NCBI RefSeq assembly: GCF_001194135.2
Contig: NC_068984.1
Span: 101,809,787 to 101,873,786 of the forward strand
Reading direction: 5' to 3'
Length of the DNA stretch: 64,000 nt
From: Octopus bimaculoides
Lineage: Eukaryota
Position numbers and translations under genes: made by a program. Positions within the stretch are counted from its first letter, which is position 1. Each line of letters opens with the position of its first letter. The notes under the pieces were generated by a model. The model saw only the letters and a program-made list of their open reading frames with translations, ran no database searches and was not told the origin of the DNA. Below, piece by piece: positions 48,925 to 60,480 of this stretch.

Positions 48925-51900
48925 TTATGATTTCTTTTATTTGTCATCAGGGTGAAGGATGAGGGGGACAATACAAAGACAGACATAAAGTGTGGGGGTT
49001 TACATATAGTGGAATGTTAAAGTAAAAAGTATACACGGTATACATTAGAAGAATGGAAGTATACATAGTATATGACACTAGAAAAAGAGGGGGAAAAAGT
49101 GATCGTGATGGAATCCTCCTGATACAGGAGGACCTCTAGGGATAATCAAGAAACCCCGCCATCCAAGGTCACCCTGAATACTAAGGACAAGAGCCCTCTC
49201 CAACTTCTTTCATCCGACTCTCAGGTCTACACTGGGAATGATACCATCCACTCTTGCCATTTTCGCAACTTTCACCCCACTTTTCATAAATTCACTCGAG
49301 GACAGCACCTCTATCTCTACCCTCACTTTCCTTTTCAAGTGAAACTTGATAAGTCGATAAGGGCTTTACCAAAGAGGAATATTTCTGTCCTCATTCCTTT
49401 CAGCCTCGTCCACCAGATAACCTATTTCGCCACAGCCACCAAACAAAGGAAAACTACCTTGCTAACCCGATTAAAGGAGGGCGGCGGGGCAATCTTCCTT
49501 ATGGACTCGGCTGACAGGCGGATCTGTCCTACATGCGACATAACTCCACAAGCCAGCAATGCTCGGATACTGAACGGGAGCATGCAGAATGGTTTCGTCG
49601 CTCTGCGAGCACCTCGGACATGCCTGTCTGACAGCACATCCGTGCCTGTAGAGTTTATCTCGAACCGGTATCGCCCCACGGTAGCACTGCCAGGCCAAAG
49701 ACATCTGGATATTATCCATAACAGTCCCCGACTGGAAAGTCCTCCGGAATAGACTTGTCAGTTCGTCTTCGTTGATGCCTAGGGTCTCCCCGAGGATGTC
49801 GTCGCACTTCCCCGCTCCTAATTCCCTGTAAATATCTAAATTGGAACATCCACCGATCCTATTGCCCGACTTGTAGAGGACAGTGAGCGCCTAACGACAT
49901 TCTTAGCACCAGGCGCCCAGTCTAGACCTATCTTTTACCCAGGACTGCAGCTCCGTCAAGGAGACGAGCTGTGGAAAAGCGTTTCTTACAAACAGAGCCC
50001 ACACACGTTCACCTTTTAAAAATCGCTGCACACGTTCACCTTCTAAAAATGGATGCGCATGTTCACCTTCTAAAAATCGCTGTACACGTTCATCTAAAAA
50101 TCATTACACACGTTCTAAAAATCGCGAATTAAAAGCATGGCATGCCTAAGTCGCCATATAAAGGAAGTTGGTAGCAGATCGACCGCCTGACCATTGGAAC
50201 ACGTCCCTTTCACAAGAAAATAAACAGGATACGCTCTGATCTAATCAAGCTGTAAATGGGGCAAGGCATGACGGTTAGACGATAAATAATGACAGAGTTG
50301 ATGTAGGCATTCGCCATCTCTGACCGACCTTTCAGGAACAACTTCCTCTCTGCCCATTTCTGGATAAGAGAGGTCACCCTGTTCGTCACCTCTTCCCAAT
50401 TCTTATCCACCTGGTGGTCGGGACGAAACCAGACCCCGAGCAGTTTAACTGGTCCGTCGGTCCAACGTCCGACGGCATCGATCTGCCTTACCAGGTGCCC
50501 AGTCGCATTCCCACCGACTTATCAGCATTGATTTTAGCCCCTGCAACCGACTCATATTCCTTTGCAATGGAACCGACCGTCTCCAGTTCGGAGGCGTCCG
50601 ACACTACGACAGTGACATCTTCCGTATATGCAGACACTGTCCTCCCGTGTCCAGTTTCGAAAGGGAGGCTTCTTAACAGTTCCAACTTCCGCAGCAGTGA
50701 CTCGAGAGCTAGTTATTACAGAAGAGGTGACAGTGGGCAGCCCTGACGGACTGAACGAGTGATACTAAACGGTTCCGATAGGTGGCCGTTTACTTTGACC
50801 ACCGAGCAGGTGCCGCTGTGCATTGCAACAATCCAGCCTCTGAAAAGGGGTCCGAAACCGACCGATTTAAGGACGGCTTCTAAGTAGTGATGGATTACCC
50901 TATCGAAAGCTTTCTACTGATCTAAATTGATCAGGGCCCCACCGAAGCCAGCTTTAATCTCAGTTCTCTATATGATGTATCGCATAAGGTGGAGGTTGTC
51001 GTGGATAGACCTGCTCGGGATTGCGCACGTTTGTGCCTCCTTGACCAGACTACCAACGACAAGCGCCAACCTTTTCGCTAACACCATGACCAAAATCTTA
51101 AACTCTGTGTTTAGCAGATTAATGGGCCGGAAATTCCCTAGCATGTCCCCGTTATCGGCGTCCTTTCTCAGCAGTATTACTATACCTTGGCTAACAGCAC
51201 TAGGATTTCTCCCGTTCTGCTTCCATTTACTGCCAAGAGGCTGCCAAACAAATTTGATATGAAAACATAGAATTCCTAGGGCAGACCATCCAAACCGGGT
51301 GATCTGCGACTTGTGCAATCGCTCACCACCTCCCGTATTTCAGAGGCTGTAATCGGCTTTTGTAGAATCTCGCGTCCGTCACCGAGAACTGTGGTAGGCC
51401 GTCTAGGTACGAAGTAAAGTTCGCTCCTGTCGTCGACTCATCACCCTCCCCAAACAGCCGCGCAAAGTGCTGCTGCAAAGCCGCACACATCTGCTTAGAA
51501 CCGAGTAGCACACGTCCGTTCTGATCTGTCAAAGACTTGATCGTGATTTTGTTTCCACGTCGCGTCTCTACCATTCAGGCCCATTGGACGGCTTTAGTTC
51601 CTTCGTGATTTAGCGCTTAACTCTGACAACGTAACCTTCATGTTCCGCCTCAAATAAATAGCCAAGGGCCATTTTCGATGCTAACACGTCGGTCGTGATG
51701 CCTTTACTAATAGCCTCTTCTAGTTTGCTAACTAGTTCTCCATCCAATCTATTTCTTTCTATTGCTAAGTCTTTGCTAAACGCTATTGATTCTACTCTAA
51801 TCGCTCTCCTCAGAGCGATCCACCATCGGTTGCTAACGATAGCCCCCATCAACTGCCGCTTAACTAGTTCGTTAATCCGGTCCCTGTAGTCTTTGTGAGC

Positions 51901-54238
51901 CGGTAAGGACGAATTCAACTTCCAGTAATCGGGTCCCTGCCTACGGGTCCTATCTAAATCGACTGATCATATCACAAATTTGTGATCTGTGTAGCCGATC
52001 ACTTTAAATTGTGGACAACCTATGCTTCCCTATCCTCTGACCTAACAAATACTCTTTCTAAATACGATCTGGTTGACCTGCTGTGGTTGTTCCATGTCCA
52101 CACTGGCACATCAAGGAAATCCAGTCGATACCTGTCAGAAAGCTGGAAAGTCCAGAGCAGGTTTTCGAGGCTTTTACACCCCCTTCAACTATGTACTAGA
52201 CCCACACAGTCCTTCCGTGCATCCAAATTACTATTCCAGTACCCCACTAGTACCAGAGTGCGAGACATTCCCAGTCTAAAGGCGCCACCTTCGCTGCCAT
52301 TCACGTCCAGGACCACCCTATCATCCGGGTCCAGGAAGATAGACCGTACTTGGAGATCTAAGGATTTCTGGAGTAGCACTGCTACACTGCTAACTGCTCC
52401 CGATAGACCACAAGATGAGACTTGAAAATGGATGCTAGAGTGTGTTTTCCGGAGATCTTTGCTTCACTAATGGCATCCACATCCAAATCAAGTGACCTGA
52501 GATTGTTGAGCAAGTAACTTTCCTTCCAAGTTGATCTCAGGTCACGCACATTCACACACCTCATTCTCAGCACAGCCATGCCGGTCGGAGAAAGAAAATG
52601 AAGAGGCTACTCACCTTGATTTTCGAGAAGCCCGGAAGTTCCGAGCCTCTCTACTGGCGAAAAATTTTTAAAAGGCCCTTCCAACAATCTTTTATCAACA
52701 GATTTATGTTTTTAAAATCCCAACACTAGCTGGAAATTTTTCTCTTATAGTTTTATAAACGTCTGACAACGTTTTAATTAAAAGTCTGTCCTTGAGTGTT
52801 TTGAGGATGAAATCCTCAAATTCTTTTCCCACTGTCTCTATTTTGTTTTTGTTTTGACTTACAAAATCCATCAATTCACTGTTATACTTGTGAGATTGAT
52901 GGATACATTTCGTCTACAGTCTGATGAATATCTTTGAAGCTCTGTAATTGGTTGTTTCTGTGTTTCTGTGATTTCATACTGTTGTTGATGGTGTTGCTGC
53001 TTTTGAAGTTGTTGATCTTGTTCTTGTTTTTGTTGGAGTAGTTGTGAATTGTGTTGCAGTTGTGGTTTCAGAATAAGTTTTTGTTGATTTCTTGGAGTAG
53101 GGCTATGTAATCTCCTCCTCTTTCGCCTACCATCTTTTGTCACTGATCCATTGATCGTTCAGCTCTTCGTTCTCTATGTCATTGCAGTTGATGTTGTCTT
53201 GGGAGGAAGAGCATTCAAGAGAAACTTGCTTTTCCGTGGCAACAGGGGATAGACACCTTCTTTGTCTTGGTTTGGAAGTGGGTGTAAGCGCAGGTGTGGG
53301 AGTAGGTGTAGGAGTCTTGAGCACTTGCTTATGATTTTACACTTGTGGTGTTTGCAATGTTGGCAGCAGTGGGACTTATTTTCCCTTGTTTCAGGGCGGG
53401 GAGCCTTTAAATGATTTACAGATCCACGTGTGTAGCATCTTGGCTTTCTACCCTCCACGAACACTGATAGGTGAGTACCATCCGATTAGGTCGGGCAGAT
53501 GGTCGATATGGTCCTGTTTGCATTACAAGGTCTGTTCCACAACTATACCTAACCAGCTTTGCTTAGGTAGTTTCTTGACCTCCAATATTGTGACTTCGTC
53601 CTCTAAACCTGCCAAGACGGTCGCAACTAACCAGGTAATGGATATTTTTGGCGGCGCATTCAGCACCCTAATCTTGGCAAGGCGTTGGCCGCGATAGCTG
53701 GGGATTAAGAAAAAGTTGTCATTCCTCAAAGTGGTTGCAGAATTACATCTAGCTTCTTCTTCCGTTCCAAATCTCACATCTGTGGTTTCAAACTTCTTTC
53801 CTCGGATGATGTGGGTCCTTTGTTCTCACACGTGCCCAAGGCATTTTTGTACTTCGCTCTCAAGAGCATTTTCCACCCGCCGAGACTTGACTCCGATGCA
53901 ACGGTATGTTACGGCGCATCTTGCGATATTTTCTATCACGTTCGATGGAGAGTTTAGAGTTACTTTTCTCCCATCTCTTTTTACAATTTTTCTTCTTTAT
54001 CTATGTGGTAACATTCCATATTTCCCGCGGCTGATGCAAACAAACGCAGAAGCGATACTTGCGTTTTATGTTTCATTTCTTTCGTATTGTTGTTGCTGTT
54101 GTTGTTCTCGTTGTCGACACCAAAAGTTTTGACGTTGCTTAGAGGCGAAACATTTTTCGCCTCAGTGACGTCATTAAGTTTATGCCGTTCGATATTCAGA
54201 TTCTCGATTCTTTCCTCGTTCTCAATATATACCAACAA
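48925..54238 (-). mobile_element. Near full-length but inactivated Tx1/L1-clade LINE (ORF1 about 52870-54238, ORF2 about 49400-52580)
   Basis: Endonuclease CVNVRDL..DVDAISE; RT NFRPINLLNTEFKILVMVLAKRL and SAYTEDVT; C-terminal CPRC..ETILHA; ORF1 fragments with VEGRKPRCY; AATAAA plus (AAT)n tail at about 48907-48941. Many stops and frameshifts. Confidence 0.9.
50002..50125. repeat. ~27-bp minisatellite (CACACGTTCACCTTCTAAAAATCGCTG, 5 degenerate units) inside Tx1 ORF2
   Basis: Direct reading. Confidence 0.85.
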
Positions 54239-54450
54239 GGCGGTGAGCTGGCAGAAACGTTAGCTCGCCGGGTGAAATGCTTAGCGGTATTTCGTCTGTC
54301 TTTATGTTCTGAGTTCAAATTCCGCCGAGGTCGACTTTGCCTTTCATCCTTTCGGGGTCGATAAATTAAGTACCAGTTGCGTACTGGGGTCGATCTAATC
54401 GACTGGCCCCCTCCCCCAGAATTTCAGGCCTTGTGCCTTGAGTAGAAAAG
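54239..54450 (+). mobile_element. Young full-length Meta-core tRNA-derived SINE with 15-17 bp TSD
   Basis: AATATATACC(A/G)ACAAGG at 54224-54240 and 54451-54467; core GGTCGACTTTGCCTTTCATCCTTTCGGGGTCGATAAATTAAGTACCAG. Probably one of the described octopus SINE families (OK/OR); not assignable by eye. Confidence 0.9.
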
Positions 54451-54766
54451 AATATATACCGACAAGGAGCGCGTTCCTTTGTCGAATATTATGATGGCTA
54501 CTTTATCAGACATCTTTAAATAATTACAGGAAACTGCAAAATATTTGATTTTGCTGAAAGCAGTTAAAATTCAAAAATTATTGAAGCACACCTCCTGCAA
54601 AACGGTATTTCTACACAAAGCACTATCTGCGCAATCCAGACAATCTCAGAAATGTAATGGTAACAACAGAAATGAAAAGACGGGATCTTAGAAGGCCGAA
54701 AAGTTTACAAACACTTTTCAACTTACGGAGCACCAAATTTCTGTGACTTCACAGAATGACGGATAT

Positions 54767-54827
<61 letters not shown>

Positions 54828-54828
<1 letters not shown>

Positions 54829-55822
54829 GGCTATATATACAACGCACAGAAGGTGGCAGGGGTCTTATACAGCTAGAAAACTATTATAAAATAACTACCA
54901 TAGGACTGCAAAAATACCTACTCCAGAAGCAAGGGAAACTAATACAAATAGCCACAAAACACGAGCAAAACAAAAAACTGTTTTCAGTATTTAAGGAAGC
55001 TGANNNNNNNNNNNNNNNNNNNNNNNNNNNNNNNNNNNNNNNNNNNNNNNNNNNNNNNNNNNNNNNNNNNNNNNNNNNNNNNNNNNNNNNNNNNNNNNNN
55101 NNNNNNNNNNNNNNNNNNNNNNNNNNNNNNNNNNNNNNNNNNNNNNNNNNNNNNNNNNNNNNNNNNNNNNNNNNNNNNNNNNNNNNNNNNNNNNNNNNNN
55201 NNNNNNNNNNNNNNNNNNNNNNNNNNNNNNNNNNNNNNNNNNNNNNNNNNNNNNNNNNNNNNNNNNNNNNNNNNNNNNNNNNNNNNNNNNNNNNNNNNNN
55301 NNNNNNNNNNNNNNNNNNNNNNNNNNNNNNNNNNNNNNNNNNNNNNNNNNNNNNNNNNNNNNNNNNNNNNNNNNNNNNNNNNNNNNNNNNNNNNNNNNNN
55401 NNNNNNNNNNNNNNNNNNNNNNNNNNNNNNNNNNNNNNNNNNNNNNNNNNNNNNNNNNNNNNNNNNNNNNNNNNNNNNNNNNNNNNNNNNNNNNNNNNNN
55501 NNNNNNNNNNAAAATACAAAGACCTAGAAATAGAGATAACTCGAATGTGGAATCTAAAAACAGAAACAATTTCTATCATAGTAGGTGCCTTAGGTATAAT
55601 AAAAAAATATTCAGACAAATACATAACAAAAACACCAGGACTTACAAATATATATAATATACAGAAAATTGCACTACTGGGTACTGCACACATTCTACGC
55701 AAAACACTTTCAATATAGTAAACATAAGAGCACCACAGCAAACCACAGCACATACCCAAGGCGCACAGAGCTGCGCTCGGTAGTGAAGTGAAAGCACGTT
55801 ATAAAAATAAAACTACTGAAAA
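54828..55822 (+). mobile_element. 5'-truncated R4/Dong-like REL retrotransposon A in an (AAT)n array (spans a gap)
   Basis: RLYIQRTEGGRGLIQLE ... KYKDLEIEITRMW ... IIVGALG ... IALLGTAHILRKTL* (stop 55718); (AAT)n on both sides. Confidence 0.85.
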
Positions 55823-55842
55823 ATAATAATAATAATAATATT

Positions 55843-57395
55843 AAAGGCGCCAACAAAAAGTCAACCATTTGTTATTCATGGATGACCTCAAACTTTATGG
55901 TAAAGATGAAGCCCAAGTCGGTTCCCTCGTTGATACGGTGTATAACTTCAGTGCTGGAGTTCGGACTGAGAATGGAGTTCGGATTGAGAAAGTGTGGTGT
56001 GTTAGTCTTGAAGAGAGGCAAAATCAAATGTATGGATGGGGTAACAATACCGTCGGCGGATGTTATGAAGCTGATAGAAGAGACGGGCTATAAGTACTTG
56101 GAGATTTTGGAAATGGGTAAATTGATGGAGAAAGAAATGACAGAAAAATTTAAGGTGGAGTACTTGCGCAGACTGAGACTGATCCTTAAGTCGAAATTAA
56201 ATGGACGGAATAAGACCGAAGCTATCAACACCTGGGCGGTTTCACTCCTTAGATATGGAGCAGGGGTACTCACATGGGCAGTAGACGAACTAAACAGCTT
56301 AGACAGAAAGACAAGGAAGTTGCTAACTAGATATGGGTCACTCTACCCAAAAAAGTGACGCAGACAGACTGTATGTATCCAAGAAAAAGAGGGGGAAGAG
56401 GACTTATCGGATGCGAACACAGCATTAGAGCAGAAGAAAACATCATAGCATGGTATGTGAAAAATGCCACAGAACCGCTATTATTAGAAGTAAGAAGGAT
56501 GAAAGATTACAAAGATAAAGCACTATACAAGAAATTGAAAACGAATGAAACTGAAAATAGGTGGATAAAGAAAAGAATACATAGTCAATTCCATAGGAAT
56601 GTTGAATACAGGCAGAGAAAAAAGATGGCTGTGGATGACTAAAAGTGATTTAAAACCGGAAACAGAGGCTCTAATCTGTGCTGCCCAAGAACAAGCTCTA
56701 AGAACAAACTGCATAAAATACAGAATAGACAACACAGCAGAAAGTGATAAGTGCAGAAACTGTGGACAAAACGGTGAAACCGTTTTGCATATTACCAGCC
56801 AATATACACCACTAGCCCAGAAGGAATATAAGAGACGCCACGACAATATAGCCAGGCTTGTCCATTGGACACTTTGCAACAAGTATGGACTTGACAGAAC
56901 AAAAAATTGGTACGACCACAAACCTGAAGGCATCGTCGAAAATGGAAATGCAAAGATCCTCTGGGATTTTATGATTCAGTGCGATCATGAGATAGAGAAT
57001 AGGAAGACGGACATAGTCTTAATTGAGAAAGAAAACAAGCTATACTGGATCATAGATATAGGATGCCCAGCTGATAGCAAGGTATGCGATAAGGAAGAAA
57101 GAAAAGTCGAGAGGTATGACAGGTTAGCTTGGGAAGTTAAGCAGTTGTGGTCGATGTAAAAGGTATCAGTAGTACCAATAATTGTCGGAGCTCTGGGAAC
57201 AGTGAGCAAAAATATCGAGAAGTATGTGGAACAAATAGGGGCTGCAATGGAGCACTCGCATAAAACAGTACTGCTTGGAACCGCTCGAATACTCCGAAAG
57301 GTGCTCGAAAAATACGAGGTGTTACCTTAGTTCACTGGTAGTGAACAGCTGACACTGTAGTACATCTCCAGCGTTAGAAGCTGTGCAAAGGCAAT
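55843..57395 (+). mobile_element. 5'-truncated R4/Dong-like REL retrotransposon B
   Basis: LFMDDLKLY (RT), YKYL, GGRGLIG, CRNC..GETVLHI (zinc finger), ILWDF.IQCDH...TDIVL...IIDIG.P (PD-(D/E)xK nuclease); followed by (GAT)n and (AAT)n. Confidence 0.9.
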
Positions 57396-57424
57396 GGTGA
57401 TGATGACGATGATGATGATGATGG

Positions 57425-57457
<33 letters not shown>

Positions 57458-57716
57458 CAACAACAACAATAATAATAATAATGATAATAATAATAATAAT
57501 AATAATAATTTTTACAGGAAAATTTTAGAATAAGAATTCGGTGATAAAAAAAGACAATTTAAGAAAGTAAATAGCAGGGAAATAACAAAAAAGGAGTAAA
57601 GAAAAATAACAAGAATTCAGTAAATAAGCAAAATGAAGAGGAATGCATGCTCTTCCATCACCCCTCAATTATGTGTACACTTTGCCAGAGAATTTGTTGT
57701 TCCCTCTAAAAGATTT

Positions 57717-58288
57717 GGATCTTTTTTAAAACGGGGGCCACATTTTTCATTAATGTTTTACGTAGTGTTTTTGGTACCGAAAGACTTTCAAACTTCGTAT
57801 ACTTATCTATTTTGTGTTATAGAACAGAAAAATATTTTTGTATTCGAATTTATTTCATGTAAAAAATTGTCTTATTTCGATAATTTCAACCAATCACTGA
57901 CGTCCATTCAGCCGATATACATTAAGTGCCGACTACATAAACAAACGATTCTTCGTTTTATTTGCTTTTTTCATTTTAAATTTGCTTTAACCCTAACCCT
58001 AACCCTAACCCTAGGGTTAGGGTTAGAGTTAGGGTTAGGGTTAGGGTTAATTGTTTCAGAATTGTTTGTNNNNNNNNNNCGGCACTTAATGTATATCGGC
58101 TGAATGGACGTCAGTGATTGGTTGAAATTACAGAAATACGACAACTTTAACATGGAATAATTTATGGATTTCTTTTTTTTAAAGAAGACTAAGAGAAAAA
58201 GATGTTTTATATGACACATTCTACCAGTGTTCCAAGTTTCAAAGTGTTTCGTTAATGAAAAATGTGGCCCCCGTTTTAAAAAAGATCC
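57717..58288. mobile_element. Merlin-like MITE copy 2 (opposite orientation) with a telomeric-repeat palindrome
   Basis: Perfect 37-bp TIRs, perfect 8-bp TSD AAAGATTT (57709-57716 and 58289-58296), internal inverted arms, small gap at 58070-58079. Confidence 0.88.
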
Positions 58289-58689
58289 AAAGATTTTCTA
58301 AAAGATTTCCTGGCAGCTCAAAACATTTACTGTATTACCGCGGGTGAATGCGAGGTTGAGGTTGTAAGGCAGGATTCGTGACAGATGAACTGTAGACAGA
58401 AACTTCGCTGCGGACTAGCTAGGAAGTTGGTTAGCAGGAAAAGAAAAGGGACTTCCGGTAGGAGAAGGAAAACAAAAGAATGACAATAGTGAGTGTGAAA
58501 CGAATCTGAATGAACTAAACAGAAATAACTGACGACTTAAGCCCTGATGTACGTAAAGTAATAAACCTTTGATAAATGTATTCTCGTCTCCACTAGTTGG
58601 TTTGCGTATAGCTTAACAAAGCTATAAGGTATTCAATCATTCAACATCTTCCCGAATGATTCTTCAGTAAGACGGAATACTAACCTCCA

Positions 58690-58940
58690 TCTCAGTGCTC
58701 CAGTTCTTCTGAAGCCACAGGTTGAAAAAGGTAATTTACTAACAAGTTACGGTATTTCAGTGTCTTATGTTGTTCACCTAAAGATGCAATAAGCTCTACT
58801 CCCTCTGGAGCATTAAGGATGCGTGATGGAATAAAATAGTCGTTAAAGGGGACATTCCACATGAGACATCTGCCTCTAGCCCAAGGGTAAAATGTAAGTC
58901 CATCAGGTCTCTTCTCATCGTTCCTGGAAACAATCATACT
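58690..58940 (-). mobile_element. CRE-clade-like non-LTR retrotransposon REL endonuclease fragment
   Basis: RNDEKRPDGLTFYPWARGRCLMW...E..K..KY..L...YLFQPVA.E matches the RPDG..PW..G..L.WD pattern of CRE-type elements. Confidence 0.7.
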
Positions 58941-59369
58941 AGGTTCAAAACTGGGAAGGGATGTTTGGGAAAGTCAGTCGCTTCATGCCCTGAAAAGTGG
59001 AGGAACTTAAGAAGCAAAAGTTTGAATACTGGGTGTGAAAATTATTTGGTTAAGTGAACAAACTGAAGTAGTTGGATTGAATATTTAGATAAATAGGGAG
59101 AAAACCTTTTAAAAAAAGTCTCTTGTTTTCATTGGATAATTGAGCAAAGCATCAGACTGAATAAATATGTAATCATGTATTAATCATTTATTGATAATGT
59201 CCGAATTGGTCGAATACTTTAACCAATTTAGTAACTTCAGAAAATTGTTTGAAATAAAACAAGAACATAAGAAGTTTGCTGGTACCGAGAAACTGGAGCA
59301 AATACTTTTAAAAGTCTACAGTTAATGAGTACCTTGAAAATTGAACTGTGTTTGCATAGAATGCCTTCT

Positions 59370-59575
59370 GATAATCCTTTCTACTATAGGCACAATTGCC
59401 TGAAATTTCGGGGGATGGGATAAGTCGATTACATCAACTTGGACTTATTTTATCGACCTCGAAAGTATAACAGGTGAAGTCGACCTAGGTTGAATTTGAA
59501 CTCAGAACGTAAAGACGGTCGAAATGCCGCTAAGCATTTTGGCCGGTGTGCTAACGATTCTGACAGCTCGTCGTA
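59370..59575 (-). mobile_element. Meta-core SINE
   Basis: Reverse complement of the 54239 family, CpG-retaining. Further copies at about 9112-9204, 22330-22500, 35660-35885, 62420-62640 and 63070-63335. Confidence 0.8.
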
Positions 59576-59949
59576 TTAGAATACCTTCTAATAATGTAAA
59601 TACTTAAGCTAATACAAAGTTATTGAGCAAAAAAGAGAGAAAAGAACTCAACAGCGGTATTTTGGGAGTTGTACGACATAAAGTACAACTTTAGAGGAAC
59701 AACCTAGAAGGATATAGTTACGGTAAGTTTATTGATCTTCAGAGAAATATGAATAATTGCAGTAATGTGAAGGAAAGCAAGCCTTTAGAAAACAGGAGGT
59801 AGAGTCTATGAAAAACATTAGTAATATTCTATCATTAGACTTGTTTTCACATAATTATTTATATCTCTCACATTAAATATTTATCAATAGATACGGACTT
59901 TTTTGAAAGCCTTCCAATTCCCATATTTTTCTTTAATCGTTTACTCTGG

Positions 59950-60480
59950 GGAAATTGGTTATGCTGATGGTCTTTACAGCCCCTCCGAAATAGGTGTTGT
60001 GATTGATATTGTTCTTGAAGAATAACAAACCAATGACTGCCGGAATAATAAGGAAAAGAAGGAAATTTCAGCGGATTGAAGTTCTGGTAGGAAGGATTAG
60101 AGATAGCGGTTAGTGCGAAACCTGAGAGGGCAGACAATAATATAGGTGACGAGAAGAAAAGAGACGGCTAGGTGGCGGTTCCAAATGGATCTGCCAACTC
60201 TGAAGAGCAGGGGCCATTGTAGTAGTGATATAAAAAAGAAAAAAAGAAGCAGAAAGAGGATACAGTACCTCTGTGAATCAGATTCTGGAGTGTGTTACCG
60301 AGGCCTTTTCTAGCTCTGTCTACGATGTTCATGTGTGCAGCAACAGAACTGTACAAGTGCGAGCAGTGTTCTATTGCACGTTTCACTTGGGCTACGTTGA
60401 AAGCAACTCATAGAAGATGACGTATTTTCTGACTCTAAAGAGGAAGGCCAGACTTTTAGATGCTGTGGTTGCTATGAAGT
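59950..60480 (-). mobile_element. 3' fragment of a CR1/Jockey-like LINE
   Basis: ORF 60168-60386: IEHCSHLY..HMNIVDR..LQNLIHR.TVSS..LYHYYNGPCSSELA. Confidence 0.7.
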
